Virus record (IMG/VR): IMGVR_UViG_3300044846_003008
Direction: 5' to 3' (one strand)
Source: a virus
DNA length: 64,000 nucleotides
A program made the position numbers and the translations under genes. Of the stretch, positions 1-12,064 are shown piece after piece. Under the pieces are notes generated by a model. The model saw only the letters and a list, made by a program, of their open reading frames with translations, made no database searches and was not told where the DNA came from. Each line of letters begins with the position of its first letter. The first letter of the stretch is position 1.

Positions 1-3000
1 TTACGGTTGGGGTGACAGTTCTTGTAGGTGTTACGGTTGGGGTGACAGTTCTTGTTGGGGTGACAGTTCTTGTTGGCGTTGGTGTAGGTGTTGGACAAAT
101 TCCACCACTACATAAACCTCTTCGATTTTTAAATGCTCCAAATAATCCTGATACGGTACTAACCCAACTTGATGAACATACACTAGCAGATTGTCCCGCA
201 TCAAGTGAGATTGTTGCAAAATTTCCTGAACAATCTATAAATGAAAATTCTCTACTAGAATCACCTATGGCTGATGCTACGCTTAAGTCCCAACAATAAC
301 AAGTGTTACAATATTGGCAAGACCCTAAAGCAGTTGCGGTTGCGGTTCCCAATATTTGAGGAATTGTACTTGAACATATCTCAAAATTTTCATTAAAAGC
401 AGTAACCGTTAATGGGGAACTAAGGACATTAGTACAACAAGGTGTGAAAGTAACAATGGCATCATCAACTAAAAAACCACCGGTGTAATTAATAAAATAA
501 CTAATACAAGGGGTTGTTGGTGTAGGGGTTTTTGTTGGTGTTGTCGTTTTTGTTGGTGTTACGGTTGGTGTTACAGTTCTTGTTGGTGTAGGTGTAGGTG
601 TTGGGCAAATAAAACCACCTTGGTTACATTGGAAACAACCACTAACAGTGATATCGTTAAAAGGGTAAATATTAACTTGATTCCATACTTTAGTTTGGAG
701 TCCTGCCGGATTGTTTAGGGTAATGTCATAACATTGACCTAACGTGTCAACTACCGTCCAAGAATTAAATCCTGTTGTTTGACTAATAAATGGTGTCCTA
801 TTAGTTGGTAATGACATTGCGAAAACTTGACCTGTACAACAACTAGCCACGGCAAATAATGAATATGGTGTTGTTGGTGTCGGTGTCGGTGTTTTTGTCG
901 GTGTTTTAGTTGGTGTGTTAGTTGGTGTTTTTGTTGGTGTTACGGTTGGTGTTTTTGTTGGTGTTGGTGTTTTTGTTGGTGTTGGTGTAACATTGACAGG
1001 ACCAACATTATATACGTACCCTTCTAAGTTACAAAGGATTGGTTGTGGTGTTTTAGTTGGTGTCGGTGTCAGTGTTTTTGTCGGTGTATTAGTTGGTGTT
1101 TTTGTTGGTGTTGGTGTATTAGTTGGTGTTTTTGTTGGCGTATTAGTTGGTGTTACGGTTGGAGTAACAGTTTTTGTTGGCGTATTAGTTGGTGTCGGTG
1201 TTGGACAAATAAATGATGTTGATTTTACCAATATAGTACCTGAAGAATCTTTAACCGCCACCCAATAAGTTGTTCCAAAAATTGAAACTCCGTAACCTAT
1301 ACTTGAAGTAGTAATCCAATTAGTGTTAGTTAATGCCTGAATTTGTGTTAAAAACACTGATGCTCCCACTTGATATGGTGGAAAACCACCAACAATGTTG
1401 TTTAAACTCACTGTTGCGGTAGTCCCATTACACGAGGATGTTACGGTAAAATTAAGTGGTGGTCTTGTATTCGTTGGAGTATTGGTTGGTGTTGTCGTTT
1501 TTGTTGGTGTCACGGTTGGTGTCACGGTTGGGGTAGGAGTTTTAGTTGACGTTGGTGTTGGGGTTGGTGTAGGACAAGGATTTGTGATTAAACAAGAGTT
1601 ACAGTTAAAATCCCCTCCAACAGGTGGAAACGCAGGTTTTGTATTATCCCAAATAATTGTTGTTGGTAATGAAACGGGTGTAAGTATTTTATAACATTTA
1701 CCATTAGTCGCGATTAAAACATAGTTTGTGTTTACGTATGGTGTTGGTACATTAATTACTTCATAGGTTGGTGATGAAATTGGGTCACAACAAGCAATTG
1801 CGTATGCGGATGAGTAAAAAGTTGTTTGTGTTGGGGTATTAGTTGGTGTTTTAGTTGGGGTATTAGTTGGGGTATTAGTTGGTGATTTAGTTGGGGTATT
1901 GGTTGGTGTTACAGTTCTTGTTGGGGTATTAGTAGGCGTATTTGTTGGTGTTTTTGTTGGTGTGTTAGTTGGGGTTACTGTTCTAGTTGGGGTATTCGTA
2001 GGTGTATTTGTCGGGGTGTTCGTAGGGGTATTCGTAGGTGTATTTGTTGGGGTTACAGTTCTAGTTGGGGTATTCGTAGGTGTTTTTGTTGGAGTGTTAG
2101 TCGGAGTATTGGTCGGAGTATTGGTCGGAGTAACAGTTCTTGTTGGTGTATTCGTAGGCGTTTTTGTTGGAGTGTTAGTCGGAGTATTGGTCGGAGTATT
2201 AGTCGGAGTAACAGTTCTTGTTGGGGTATTTGTAGGAGTGTTGGTAGGTGTTTTCGTAGGTGTATTTGTAGGTGTGTTGGTCGGGGTTTGAGTGTTAGAT
2301 GGAGTGTTGGTTGGCGTGTTCGTAGGGGTTTTAGTTGGTGTCACAGTACTTGTTGGCGTGTTCGTAGGGGTTTTAGTTGGGGTATTTGTTGGAGTATTAG
2401 TTGGTGTATTTGTCGGTGTCTGTGTTATAGTTGGTGTGTTAGTTGGGGTATTTGTTGGGGTATTTGTTGGGGTTTTAGTTGGTGTGTTAGTTGGTGTAAC
2501 GGTTCTTGTTGGGGTATTCGTAGGGGTTTGAGTTCTTGTGTTCGTTGGTGTGTTTGTTGGTGTATTTGTCGGAGTTTGAGTTCTTGTTGGTGTGTTCGTT
2601 GGGGTTAGAGTACTAGTCGGTGTGTTAGTAGGCGTTTCAGGTGGTGTTGAACCGGGTGTTCTTGTTGGTGTTGGGGTTTGAGTTCTTGTTGGTGTATTAG
2701 TCGGAGTGTTAGTAGGTGTATTAGTCGGAGTGTTAGTAGGTGTATTCGTAGGTGTATTCGTAGGTGTATTAGTTGGTGTATTAGTCGGAGTTACAGTTCT
2801 TGTTGGTGTATTCGTAGGGGTGTTCGTCGGAGTATTTGTTGGGGTATTCGTCGGAGTGTTCGTCGGAGTTACTGTTCTTGTTGGTGTGTTCGTTGGTGTG
2901 TTTGTTGGTGTATTTGTAGGTGTGTTAGTAGGTGTATTAGTTGGCGTTACAGTTCTTGTTGGTGTATTTGTTGGGGTATTAGTTGGTGTATTTGTTGGGG

Positions 3001-6000
3001 TTACGGTTCTTGTTGGTGTATTCGTAGGTGTATTTGTCGGTGTATTCGTTGGTGTATTTGTTGGGGTTACGGTTCTTGTTGGGGTGTTTGTTGGTGTATT
3101 TGTTGGTGTATTTGTGGGCGTATTAGTTGGGGTAACAGTACTTGTAGGTGTGTTAGTTGGGGTATTAGTTGGTGTGTTAGTTGGCGTGTTAGTTGGTGTG
3201 TTTGTTGGGGTATTAGTCGGAGTGTTTGTTGGTGTGTTAGTCGGAGTGTTAGTTGGTGTGTTAGTCGGAGTGTTCGTAGGTGTATTAGTAGGTGTATTAG
3301 TAGGTGTTACGGTTGGAGTTTGAGTTCTTGTTGATGTGTTAGTTGGAGTATTCGTAGGTGTGTTAGTAGGTGTGTTAGTTGGGGTATTCGTAGGTGTTTT
3401 TGTTGGTGTATTTGTCGGAGTATTAGTTGGTGTTTGAGTTCTTGTTGATGTGTTAGTTGGTGTATTTGTCGGGGTTGGTGTCAGTGTACTTGTCGGGGTT
3501 GGTGTTGGGGTTGGACAAGGGTTTGTTGATAAACAAGATGAACAATCAAATTCACCTCCAACAGGTGGGTATACTGGCTGAGTATCGTCCCATACAATTG
3601 TTGCTGGAATTGTTGTGATTGTAAGTACTTTATAACATTTACCATTAGTTGCAACTACAACATAATTAGAATCAACACCCGCATATAACAATGGAACCCT
3701 AATTACTTCGTATATAGGTGATATGTCACAACAAGCGATAGCATATGCTAATGTGAATGGTGTTGTTGAGGTTGGTGTTTGTGTTGGGGTTTTTGTCGGG
3801 GTATTAGTAGGGGTGTTTGTTGGTGTATTAGTAGGTGTGTTTGTTGGTGTATTAGTAGGTGTGTTAGTCGGTGTTTTTGTCGGTGTTACTGTTCTTGTTG
3901 GTGTGTTGGTTGGTGTTTGAGTTTGTGTTCTTGTATTAGTCGGTGTATTTGTTGGTGTTTTTGTTGGTGTTGGAGTTGACGTTGGCGTTGGTGTTGGGCA
4001 AATAAATCCACCTTGATTACATTGGAGACAACCACTAGTCGAATTATCGTTATAAAAATAGATATTAACGTTATTCCATACTTTAGTTGCCGGACCAAAA
4101 GGGGTATTTGGACTAATGTCATAACATTGTCCTAAAGTATCTACTACAGTCCAAGAACTAAACCCGTTTATTGGGTCAAAATATGGTGTATAGATAGTCG
4201 GTAATGACATTACAAACTGAGACCCACTACAACAATTAATAACAACAAATAATGAATGTGGCGTTGTTGGTGTTGGGGTATTAGTAGGGGTGTTAGTTGG
4301 GGTTACAGTACTAGTTGGGGTTACAGTACTAGTTGGTGTTTTTGTTGGCGTATTTGTTGGTGTGTTAGTAGGGGTGTTAGTAGGGGTATTAGTTGGGGTG
4401 TTAGTCGGAGTATTTGTCGGTGTTACGGTTCTTGTGTTAGTTGGAGTGTTAGTTGGAGTGTTAGTTGGAGTGTTAGTCGGTGTATTTGTTGGGGTATTAG
4501 TTGGTGTTACAGTTCTAGTTGGGGTTACAGTTCTAGTTGGGGTGTTCGTAGGAGTATTCGTAGGGGTATTCGTAGGTGTATTTGTAGGTGTGTTAGTTGG
4601 CGTATTCGTAGGAGTGTTAGTCGGAGTATTGGTCGGAGTATTAGTCGGGGTATTAGTTGGTGTTACAGTTTTTGTTGGTGTATTTGTTGGAGTGTTAGTT
4701 GGGGTATTCGTAGGTGTGTTAGTTGGAGTATTTGTTGGTGTTACTGTTCTTGTGTTTGTTGGTGTGTTAGTAGGTGTGTTGGTCGGGGTATTAGTTGGTG
4801 TTACAGTTCTTGTTGGAGTATTTGTCGGGGTGTTAGTTGGAGTGTTAGTTGGTGTGTTGGTTGGTGTTACAGTTCTTGTTGGAGTATTTGTTGGAGTATT
4901 TGTTGGAGTATTTGTTGGGGTATTTGTTGGTGTTACAGTTCTAGTTGGGGTGTTTGTCGGTGTGTTTGTTGGCGTGTTAGTTGGTGTGTTAGTCGGGGTA
5001 ACAGTTCTTGTTGCGGTATTCGTTGGAGTATTAGTCGGAGTATTCGTTGGAGTATTAGTCGGAGTATTAGTCGGAGTATTAGTTGGTGTATTTGTTGGTG
5101 TATTGGTTGGCGTATTTGTTGGTGTATTGGTTGGCGTATTTGTTGGTGTATTAGTCGGAGTATTTGTTGGGGTGTTAGTTGGAGTTTCAGTTGGAGTATT
5201 CGTAGGGGTATTCGTAGGTGTATTTGTCGGTGTATTTGTCGGTGTTTTTGTTGGCGTATTAGTCGGAGTATTTGTTGGAGTATTTGTCGGTGTATTAGTT
5301 GGGGTTTCTGTCGGAGTATTCGTAGGGGTATTCGTAGGTGTGTTAGTAGGAGTTTCTGTTGGCGTATTTGTTGGGGTATTCGTAGGTGTGTTAGTGGGAG
5401 TTTCTGTTGGAGTTGAAGTTGACGTTTTAGTCGGAGTATTTGTGGGTGTGTTAGTTGGAGTTTCTGTTGGTGTATTTGTTGGTGTATTTGTTGGTGTTGA
5501 TGTTTGGGTACTGGTAGGTGTTTGAGTTTGAGTTTTAGTGGGCGTTGGTGTGGGTGTTGGGCACGTATAAATTGGATTAAATGTGAAACAAGTTGCACAA
5601 TCAACCATTGAGCCCATTGAAATGTGTTGGTAAATATTTGTTGACGTTGTTGAAGGTATTGATTCAGCACAACCAACAAACCCATTTGTTGATATGAAAT
5701 AACTTCCGGATAATGGATAAAAACTATAAGGTATCTTAGAAATTGTGAATTCATTATAAGGTGAACAACAATTTCTAAACTTACCAACAATTGGTGGTAA
5801 TGTTGGTGTTGGCGTTGGGGTTGGGGTTTGAGTTGGTGTTGGTGTTGGGCAACCATTAGCGTCGCACCTTACTGAATAAACTACAGTTCCGGGCTCATCA
5901 ATCGTGACGTTATATCCGCAGAAATATAAGATGGTGTTTGGTAAAATTTGTGAAGAAATTTCGGTCCCATTACATAATGTTAAACTATAATTTAAATTTT

Positions 6001-6325
6001 CACTTTTTGGGTTGATAATTGAAATACAACGACATTTAGCGGGTGTGCTGGTCGGTGTACTAGTCGGTGTTAATGTTGGTGTCGGTGTTGGTGTTATGTC
6101 ACAAGGTAACAATAACATTTCTTCACAATTATTAGCGTCCGTTGCGATAACTAAAACCTCACCAAATAATTCGATACCTCCAAATTCAGGAACTTGGAGA
6201 GTTAACGTTGGAGGCACGGAAACAACACCTGTAATAACCTTACTACAATAAGTTCTTGTCTTATCGCAGATTATTATCTCATAAGGTGAATGACCCGTTA
6301 AACTTGTTATCTGAACTACACTCAT
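1..6325 (-). CDS. Giant (>2100 aa, runs off the window) Thr/Pro-repeat protein with Cys-rich domains; putative virion fibre/adhesin
   Basis: ATG at 6325 ([27 protein letters not shown]...). It is the antisense frame of all + strand 'VGV' shadow ORFs, which share one frame. Long TPTN/TPTR tracts separate Cys-rich domains. Probably absent from the ORF track because no stop is reached in the window. Late motif at 6335-6341. Confidence 0.85.
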   Translation of the reverse strand, partial: MSVVQITSLTGHSPYEIIICDKTRTYCSKVITGVVSVPPTLTLQVPEFGGIELFGEVLVIATDANNCEEMLLLPCDITPTPTPTLTPTSTPTSTPAKCRCISIINPKSENLNYSLTLCNGTEISSQILPNTILYFCGYNVTIDEPGTVVYSVRCDANGCPTPTPTQTPTPTPTPTLPPIVGKFRNCCSPYNEFTISKIPYSFYPLSGSYFISTNGFVGCAESIPSTTSTNIYQHISMGSMVDCATCFTFNPIYTCPTPTPTPTKTQTQTPTSTQTSTPTNTPTNTPTETPTNTPTNTPTKTSTSTPTETPTNTPTNTPTNTPTETPTNTPTNTPTNTPTETPTNTPTNTPTNTPTNTPTKTPTNTPTNTPTNTPTNTPTETPTNTPTNTPTNTPTNTPTNTPTNTPTNTPTNTPTNTPTNTPTNTPTNTPTNTPTNTATRTVTPTNTPTNTPTNTPTNTPTRTVTPTNTPTNTPTNTPTNTPTRTVTPTNTPTNTPTNTPTNTPTRTVTPTNTPTNTPTNTPTNTRTVTPTNTPTNTPTNTPTNTPTNTPTKTVTPTNTPTNTPTNTPTNTPTNTPTNTPTNTPTNTPTNTPTNTPTRTVTPTRTVTPTNTPTNTPTNTPTNTPTNTPTNTRTVTPTNTPTNTPTNTPTNTPTNTPTNTPTKTPTSTVTPTSTVTPTNTPTNTPTPTTPHSLFVVINCCSGSQFVMSLPTIYTPYFDPINGFSSWTVVDTLGQCYDISPNTPFGPATKVWNNVNIYFYNDNSTSGCLQCNQGGFICPTPTPTSTPTPTKTPTNTPTNTRTQTQTPTNTPTRTVTPTKTPTNTPTNTPTNTPTNTPTNTPTNTPTKTPTQTPTSTTPFTLAYAIACCDISPIYEVIRVPLLYAGVDSNYVVVATNGKCYKVLTITTIPATIVWDDTQPVYPPVGGEFDCSSCLSTNPCPTPTPTPTSTLTPTPTNTPTNTSTRTQTPTNTPTNTPTKTPTNTPTNTPTNTPTNTPTNTSTRTQTPTVTPTNTPTNTPTNTPTNTPTNTPTNTPTNTPTNTPTNTPTNTPTNTPTNTPTNTPTSTVTPTNTPTNTPTNTPTNTPTRTVTPTNTPTNTPTNTPTNTPTRTVTPTNTPTNTPTNTPTRTVTPTNTPTNTPTNTPTNTPTNTPTRTVTPTNTPTNTPTNTPTNTPTNTPTRTVTPTNTPTNTPTNTPTNTPTNTPTNTPTNTPTNTPTRTQTPTPTRTPGSTPPETPTNTPTSTLTPTNTPTRTQTPTNTPTNTPTNTRTQTPTNTPTRTVTPTNTPTKTPTNTPTNTPTNTPTITQTPTNTPTNTPTNTPTKTPTNTPTSTVTPTKTPTNTPTNTPSNTQTPTNTPTNTPTKTPTNTPTNTPTRTVTPTNTPTNTPTNTPTKTPTNTPTRTVTPTNTPTNTPTNTPTKTPTNTPTRTVTPTNTPTNTPTNTPTNTPTNTPTRTVTPTNTPTKTPTNTPTNTPTRTVTPTNTPTKSPTNTPTNTPTKTPTNTPTQTTFYSSAYAIACCDPISSPTYEVINVPTPYVNTNYVLIATNGKCYKILTPVSLPTTIIWDNTKPAFPPVGGDFNCNSCLITNPCPTPTPTPTSTKTPTPTVTPTVTPTKTTTPTNTPTNTRPPLNFTVTSSCNGTTATVSLNNIVGGFPPYQVGASVFLTQIQALTNTNWITTSSIGYGVSIFGTTYWVAVKDSSGTILVKSTSFICPTPTPTNTPTKTVTPTVTPTNTPTKTPTNTPTPTKTPTNTPTKTLTPTPTKTPQPILCNLEGYVYNVGPVNVTPTPTKTPTPTKTPTVTPTKTPTNTPTKTPTKTPTPTPTTPYSLFAVASCCTGQVFAMSLPTNRTPFISQTTGFNSWTVVDTLGQCYDITLNNPAGLQTKVWNQVNIYPFNDITVSGCFQCNQGGFICPTPTPTPTRTVTPTVTPTKTTTPTKTPTPTTPCISYFINYTGGFLVDDAIVTFTPCCTNVLSSPLTVTAFNENFEICSSTIPQILGTATATALGSCQYCNTCYCWDLSVASAIGDSSREFSFIDCSGNFATISLDAGQSASVCSSSWVSTVSGLFGAFKNRRGLCSGGICPTPTPTPTRTVTPTRTVTPTVTPTRTVTPTV
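1830..3500 (-). repeat. Degenerate 12-nt coding tandem repeat ([12 protein letters not shown])
   Basis: Imperfect GTTGGTGTATTA-like units with synonymous variation. Confidence 0.9.
4260..5560 (-). repeat. Degenerate 12-nt coding tandem repeat (TPTN/TPTE)
   Basis: Second long Thr/Pro tract of the giant ORF. Confidence 0.9.
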
Positions 6326-6418
6326 TATTTAAACATAAATACCATTTATATTTGTTATTTTTTAATACATTTATAAAAAATAACTGATAATTTTTAAAAT
6401 TAAATGAACAATCTAATC

Positions 6419-7483
6419 TTAAAGAGATGCACAAGGTACATTGTTAAATAATTGACAAACTGACGATTCTAAAAATGAGGTAATTTCTTCATTTGAAAAT
6501 GTTGGTGATAACCCGTTATATCTTGAAAGTAGTACTAAACCTAAGTAAATACTATGTCCTGTAACTATCACAGAATTCGTCATTAATTGCGGATTATCAG
6601 TATTTCGATTATCATCAACCCCTCTAATATCTGACCCCCATAATGTGCTAGTTACGGTAAACCACACATAAACAATACTTGGTGTTTCAGGCGAGTGGTT
6701 AGTGTAACTATACCAATTACCATTAATATCACCACAAGTGTAAGTTCCGTTATCTAATTCTTCAGTTCTATCACCACTACCCGGAGCTCCAAAAGCACCG
6801 ATACCGATAGTGTCTACAGTACTACCAAATCTGGTCATAGTTAACTGAGGCCAAACGTTTTGTTTGGTAACAAAATAATAAGAACCAATTGTTCCGTAAG
6901 TGATTGGAATTGGACTATCAATCAATATTCTATTACCATTATCGAACATATCAAATCCACCGTCTTGGATGTAATTAGTTGAAGGTATAAAGTTATATAG
7001 GTATTCAAACGTCATTGCAGAATACGGGACATATGAATTTAATTTCCACCAATTAGACATTTGGGTTAAACAAGATACGGGAGTAACACTTGGGGTAAGT
7101 GTTGGGGTAGGTGTGTTAGTTGGTGTTGTCGTTGGTGTATTTGTTGGTGTTGGGGTAGGTGTTATTAAACAAGGGTTAGGTGTTATTGTTGGTGTATTTG
7201 TTGGTGTTGGGGTTGGCGTGTTAGTTGGTGTTGTGGTTAATGTTGGTGTTGGTGTCGGTGTCGGTCTTTGAACATTTAAAAAATTAGGACAATCCGAACC
7301 TGACACTAATATAGTGTAGGACCCGTAAACATCACGAGGTGGGGTTAAGATTGATGGGTCGAACGTGTAAGGTAAAATAACTTCACCTAAATTTATGGTT
7401 GTATTAACATTGTCAGGTTTAAACAAAACATTTGCTTGTTCTCCATCGTAATTTATACTTGATATTATAATTGATTTACTCAT
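6419..7483 (-). CDS. Hypothetical virion-associated protein with PT linker
   Basis: 354 aa: short N-domain, PTPT linker, beta-rich C-domain. Confidence 0.75.
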   Translation of the reverse strand: MSKSIIISSINYDGEQANVLFKPDNVNTTINLGEVILPYTFDPSILTPPRDVYGSYTILVSGSDCPNFLNVQRPTPTPTPTLTTTPTNTPTPTPTNTPTITPNPCLITPTPTPTNTPTTTPTNTPTPTLTPSVTPVSCLTQMSNWWKLNSYVPYSAMTFEYLYNFIPSTNYIQDGGFDMFDNGNRILIDSPIPITYGTIGSYYFVTKQNVWPQLTMTRFGSTVDTIGIGAFGAPGSGDRTEELDNGTYTCGDINGNWYSYTNHSPETPSIVYVWFTVTSTLWGSDIRGVDDNRNTDNPQLMTNSVIVTGHSIYLGLVLLSRYNGLSPTFSNEEITSFLESSVCQLFNNVPCASL

Positions 7484-7487
7484 CTTA

Positions 7488-10421
7488 TTAAAAATTATTT
7501 TCCACGGCTAAACAAATTTCGCCATTCATTGATATTAGTCGAGACATATCACTAAATGAAATGTATACGTGACCTTGTTTACCCCAATTTTGTCCCCAAC
7601 TATTTTTAATTCTAAATAATTGTCTTGTTTTATCAACACCGTTAATTACGTATGCGTGACCACCAACAATACCACCTGTTGCTCTAATTAAACCATTCTT
7701 ATCTGGATAGAACATTCCTGAGAACCAATATGTCCCAACAACTACGGGGCCTAAATTAAACACGGTATTTATTAATGTATTAACATCGTAACCCCAATAA
7801 TATGATTTAATTGCGTTTATTGATTTTAAATATTTAGCACCCGCTCTAACTGATGTTCCGTTATAATTTTCTCCCGGCCATTCATCTATTTTTTGGGACT
7901 CACTATAAATTAATTGAGGGTTAATGATTGGGGGAATTCCTCCGTGTTCCACAGGACCGTCTTCAATCCAATGAGACCAAGCATAACCAACACATTGTGG
8001 TGTTGACCCTTGATTACCCCACCATCCGTCAGGATTCCAATACTTACTAAGATTCTGAGGTGTTGGGGTTGGTGTTGGGGTTCGAGTTGGGGTTCGAGTT
8101 GGTGTTGGTGTTGGTCGTTTTGATGAACTTGGGGTCGGTATAGGTCGTCTTGTTTTACTTGGTGTTGGCGTTCTTCTATATCTAGTAACAACAGGTCGAT
8201 TAACGACACTCATTAAATAATCGTAATTGTTGTTTATTAGATAATTTTTATCTCTGTCGTCAGGAATATATAAACGACCTAATAAATTTGCGTCAGGTTT
8301 TATTTCTATTGGAATCTCCGGAAGATTACCATCAATAATTTCATAAGTGAAATCATCAATTTTACAAACATCGGTTGAACAATCAGGACAATCAGGGTTA
8401 AACATTCTAAATGTGTTTTTTAACACATTAAAATTATGTTTAACTTCAGGAGCAGACATTGGGGTAACATACATTCTAAATTGTGATACACCACCTTCAA
8501 ATGTTCCTGCGAAATATTTGTCAAGAATTATATTAGTATTTAACTGACTAAATGTTGTTCCGCTTAAATTAAAATCCGATAAACATTCAGGGTCTTGAAT
8601 ATATGGTCCATTAGGTAACGTTGTTGATGAGAAAATTAAATGTTCTCTTAACCCTTGTGTACCACCACCCCAAGAAATATTGAATGGGACTCCGACTTGT
8701 TTTTCTTTATCGGTATTTAACCCTCTTGGTATTATTTCTTCGAAGTCTTCTATAGTGTGAAAAATCTTACCATTAACATAAAGTTTTAATCGACCTTTTC
8801 GATATGCTTTTTCGATTAACCATTTTTCATTTAAATTAACTAAATCAATTTGTTCTGCCGGTGTGGAACCTGTGTGGGTGTATTCAACGTTTACTAAAGA
8901 AATTGAGTTATTCGATAGTGATTGTAAATACGATTTTGTGGTTATTTCACCTAAACCACCTTTATAGTACAAATCACAATAATCAAACCAAGTATAACGT
9001 TCCCAAACCGCATTTAATTGGAACCAATGTTCTTCTTCTAACCACGCAGGGTTTTCAGTTTGACATCTAGGGTATATCGGGTCGGTGCAATAATTATCAA
9101 TAGTAAATCCTGTAACATAAGTTGTACCTGTTTCCGAGCAAGAAGATAAGATATCGTCAGGAGAAACCTGACTATTATCTAATAATGAAACGGTTACACA
9201 ATTACCGGTAATTCTTAAAACTCTAACACCGATTTGTGGGTTTTTAGGGTCCCCACATAATTTAAATGACAATGCGTTTGACATTGAATCAAATAATGGG
9301 TCAGTCTCACAAGTATTCTCAACTGATGAGGTATACCCCGTACCACATATGTGTTTTTGGCATTCCCAACCACAAGTATCGTATTCGGTTGGGGTACAAC
9401 CACAACTCGTACATCCTGTAATAATAGTTGAACCTGTTGTTGGTGTACTACATCCGCAGATATCGCAACCATAATTAACGTGAGAATCGTGAATATTATT
9501 AAATGACCTTGGAGGGTAAACATACACACAACGACTATTGGTAACCCCCGTGTTACAACAAGCACAAGTTTCTAATTTATTTTGTAATTCGCTCGTAACT
9601 CTAGTATAACCCGTTAATGAAATTGGGGAACCATCGGCGTGGTGGTAGAATTTATTTTCAGCTCTACTACCTATATAAAAAAATGTGTTTTTATTTTCAG
9701 GGTAAAGTACATTTAATGTTGTTTCGTCAGAATCGGGAAAATATTCGTCAACTAATCTTGGTTTTAGTAACATTTCAACCGACCAACCTTTATTCATTCG
9801 TTCAGGAAATATTTCGTAATCATAACCAAATAGTTTGTAAAAACCTTGGTAAAAACCACCATATAATTCGTGGTATCGACCTTCATAAGGACTATATTTA
9901 CTAACAACTTCATATAATATGGTTTTATCAAAACCTGAGAAACTGATGTTTGGGGTGCTAGTGTGACCTGTCACTTGAAACATCTTTAATCGTCTATCAA
10001 AATATAAACGATTGAACTTTAATGAATCGTCGAATAATCCATTAGTGAATGTAATGGTTTGACCTGTTAATGAATCAACAAGTCCGTTATCCATACCTGT
10101 TAGTCCGATATCACACGATGTTGACCCTGAGTAACAAGACAAATCTTCATTATCTTTATTGTAATAATTTAATGAAACGATAACGTTATCTTCGTTGTAT
10201 TCTTTGTAATTTAATATTTGATTTTGAACTGATAAGGTATTATTAATATCTAATGAAAATGGTAATCTATTACCATATGTTTGGGCAATTAAATAAGGTG
10301 AAAATACCACTTCTTCATTATAATCCCTTTCGTCATTAGACAAAGACATATCTTGGGAATCTAAATTCAATTTAATCCCCCAATTTGGTTTACCGTATTG
10401 ATTAATATTTTGACCTGACAT
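7488..10421 (-). CDS. Structural-type protein with C-terminal papain-like (C1) cysteine peptidase
   Basis: 977 aa. After a PT linker: NQGSTPQCVGY (oxyanion Q, catalytic C), GGHAY and KNSWG motifs. N-terminal part is Cys-rich and possibly LamG-like. Confidence 0.75.
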   Translation of the reverse strand: MSGQNINQYGKPNWGIKLNLDSQDMSLSNDERDYNEEVVFSPYLIAQTYGNRLPFSLDINNTLSVQNQILNYKEYNEDNVIVSLNYYNKDNEDLSCYSGSTSCDIGLTGMDNGLVDSLTGQTITFTNGLFDDSLKFNRLYFDRRLKMFQVTGHTSTPNISFSGFDKTILYEVVSKYSPYEGRYHELYGGFYQGFYKLFGYDYEIFPERMNKGWSVEMLLKPRLVDEYFPDSDETTLNVLYPENKNTFFYIGSRAENKFYHHADGSPISLTGYTRVTSELQNKLETCACCNTGVTNSRCVYVYPPRSFNNIHDSHVNYGCDICGCSTPTTGSTIITGCTSCGCTPTEYDTCGWECQKHICGTGYTSSVENTCETDPLFDSMSNALSFKLCGDPKNPQIGVRVLRITGNCVTVSLLDNSQVSPDDILSSCSETGTTYVTGFTIDNYCTDPIYPRCQTENPAWLEEEHWFQLNAVWERYTWFDYCDLYYKGGLGEITTKSYLQSLSNNSISLVNVEYTHTGSTPAEQIDLVNLNEKWLIEKAYRKGRLKLYVNGKIFHTIEDFEEIIPRGLNTDKEKQVGVPFNISWGGGTQGLREHLIFSSTTLPNGPYIQDPECLSDFNLSGTTFSQLNTNIILDKYFAGTFEGGVSQFRMYVTPMSAPEVKHNFNVLKNTFRMFNPDCPDCSTDVCKIDDFTYEIIDGNLPEIPIEIKPDANLLGRLYIPDDRDKNYLINNNYDYLMSVVNRPVVTRYRRTPTPSKTRRPIPTPSSSKRPTPTPTRTPTRTPTPTPTPQNLSKYWNPDGWWGNQGSTPQCVGYAWSHWIEDGPVEHGGIPPIINPQLIYSESQKIDEWPGENYNGTSVRAGAKYLKSINAIKSYYWGYDVNTLINTVFNLGPVVVGTYWFSGMFYPDKNGLIRATGGIVGGHAYVINGVDKTRQLFRIKNSWGQNWGKQGHVYISFSDMSRLISMNGEICLAVENNF

Positions 10422-10431
10422 CTTTTTTACG

Positions 10432-10458
10432 ATAAATACTTTAAAACGAAGTATTTAT
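10432..10458. promoter_or_regulatory. Back-to-back putative late promoters (inverted repeat)
   Basis: ATAAATACTT-N7-AAGTATTTAT between divergent genes; each arm reads TATTTAT on its gene's sense strand. Confidence 0.6.
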
Positions 10459-10472
10459 TAATAAAAAAGAAG

Positions 10473-11303
10473 ATGATTTCATATAATACAGAATATTTTG
10501 GTAATAATTGTTACTTCTATTTGAGAGACAGAGGTGATAAAATATCCTTATACTACTCAGTAGGTGAGACTTTAAATGAATCTCGTAAAAATGATGAGAG
10601 GGAAGATTTCGACAAATCTAATTCGAAAAATGTTAAGTCAATTATTCAAAAAGTATTAAATAGTAAAAAGAAAATGTCTAAAGAGCAAATTAAAAAAATG
10701 CTCAAAACAAAAAAATCTGAAGAACTTGATGAGTTAGTTGATTCTGACGGGACGATGTTAAGTTCTCGTGTACCATTTTTAGACCAAACAATGCACCCAC
10801 ATAAAACTATGGACCAAACGGTTGCTATGTCAAGACAAGCGGGAAATCCAATTACTCGTGGTTATCGTGTTTATTATGGGGAAGGAACTGAAAATAAAGA
10901 TAACTTAGTTTCTGAAGTTGATTATTCCGATGCTTTTGGTTATGAAGAAACTGAAGATATGGATTATCAAGACACAGTTAAAACTCTTGAGGATATGGGG
11001 GTTGATAATTCTGAAGAAAGAGCCGAAGAATTTGGAAAGATACCTAAAGTTAAAAGAAAAGGTGATATTCTAAAACAACGTTTAGTTGAAAAAGGAACTA
11101 TTGATGAAGAACAAAAACAAAAAATGGTTAAAATGGTTGAAGATATTTTAACTAAAAAATCTAAAGATAAGTCTGATGTGGTAACTAAAGAAAGCCCTAT
11201 AAGTAAAATTTTGGTAAAAAATATTAATTCAATTAAAAAAATTGCAGACAAAGAAGGTATTAGTCTTAATCAATTAATTAAAATTTTAAAATCGAATGAA
11301 TAA
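10473..11303 (+). CDS. Hypothetical protein
   Basis: 276-aa ORF, first of a tightly packed operon. Confidence 0.8.
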   Translation: MISYNTEYFGNNCYFYLRDRGDKISLYYSVGETLNESRKNDEREDFDKSNSKNVKSIIQKVLNSKKKMSKEQIKKMLKTKKSEELDELVDSDGTMLSSRVPFLDQTMHPHKTMDQTVAMSRQAGNPITRGYRVYYGEGTENKDNLVSEVDYSDAFGYEETEDMDYQDTVKTLEDMGVDNSEERAEEFGKIPKVKRKGDILKQRLVEKGTIDEEQKQKMVKMVEDILTKKSKDKSDVVTKESPISKILVKNINSIKKIADKEGISLNQLIKILKSNE

Positions 11304-11766
11304 AGATTTATATGGTCATAGTGTTCCTTTACCCGAAGATGTTATTGGTTATTTAGACCAATGTCATCAATCAGCCGTAGGTGCTGACGATTCAACTGAA
11401 GGTTATCGTAGAAACAAAGAACTACGTGATAAACGTGAAGTTAGTTACCAACAATTGAAACGAATGAAAAATTGGTTTGACGGATTTAATGGTCACGACA
11501 ATGATTTACCATTTATCTTAAATGGTGGTCACTACGTAAAAAATTGGGTAAATGATACTTTAACATCAATGAGAGACGGGAATTATTTATCAAAAAAGAT
11601 TAAGTCAGTTGCGATGGATAATCAATTTATTGACCCACACGAAAAAAATAGTATTGTGAACCAACATAGACCAAGTAAAAGTCATAGTTCCAATGTTGAA
11701 AGATATGACTCAGCCGTTACCGAAAGTTTAAAACGGATAAATGATTTAATAAAAAAAATAATATAA
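11296..11766 (+). CDS. Hypothetical protein
   Basis: 156 aa; C-terminal VTESLKRINDLIKK helix. Confidence 0.8.
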   Translation: MNKDLYGHSVPLPEDVIGYLDQCHQSAVGADDSTEGYRRNKELRDKREVSYQQLKRMKNWFDGFNGHDNDLPFILNGGHYVKNWVNDTLTSMRDGNYLSKKIKSVAMDNQFIDPHEKNSIVNQHRPSKSHSSNVERYDSAVTESLKRINDLIKKII

Positions 11767-11767
11767 T

Positions 11768-12064
11768 ATGCCAGTTAATGAACCCTTAAATTTTGAACAA
11801 CCGACAAACTCGTTGTCTCAAATTGCTGAAGCTGAAAGAAAAAAATTGTTACCTAAAAACGATTTTAAAAGAACCGCTAATGAATACTCAAGTGTTAATC
11901 CTGACGCAATGGCGGATGGGGATGCTCAAGGTAAAGGAACAGGTGGTGATTTAGATGTTTATAATGAAAGTGCTGGAGCTATCCAAGATATTTTGGAAAG
12001 AAAGGCGGAAATGGTTATAAACGCATATAAACCAACAACCCCTTATACAACTCCAGGTTTATAA
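11768..12064 (+). CDS. Hypothetical protein
   Basis: 98-aa ORF, coupled spacing. Confidence 0.75.
   Translation: MPVNEPLNFEQPTNSLSQIAEAERKKLLPKNDFKRTANEYSSVNPDAMADGDAQGKGTGGDLDVYNESAGAIQDILERKAEMVINAYKPTTPYTTPGL

Noticed and set aside
1830-5560. Possible CRISPR array or DNA satellite
   Set aside because: Units are degenerate in-frame 12-mers with synonymous variation and no repeat-spacer pattern; no cas genes are present
12-6251. + strand Val/Gly-rich and Cys/Trp-rich ORFs, and Gln/His-rich minus-strand ORFs
   Set aside because: Shadow frames of the Thr/Pro repeat gene
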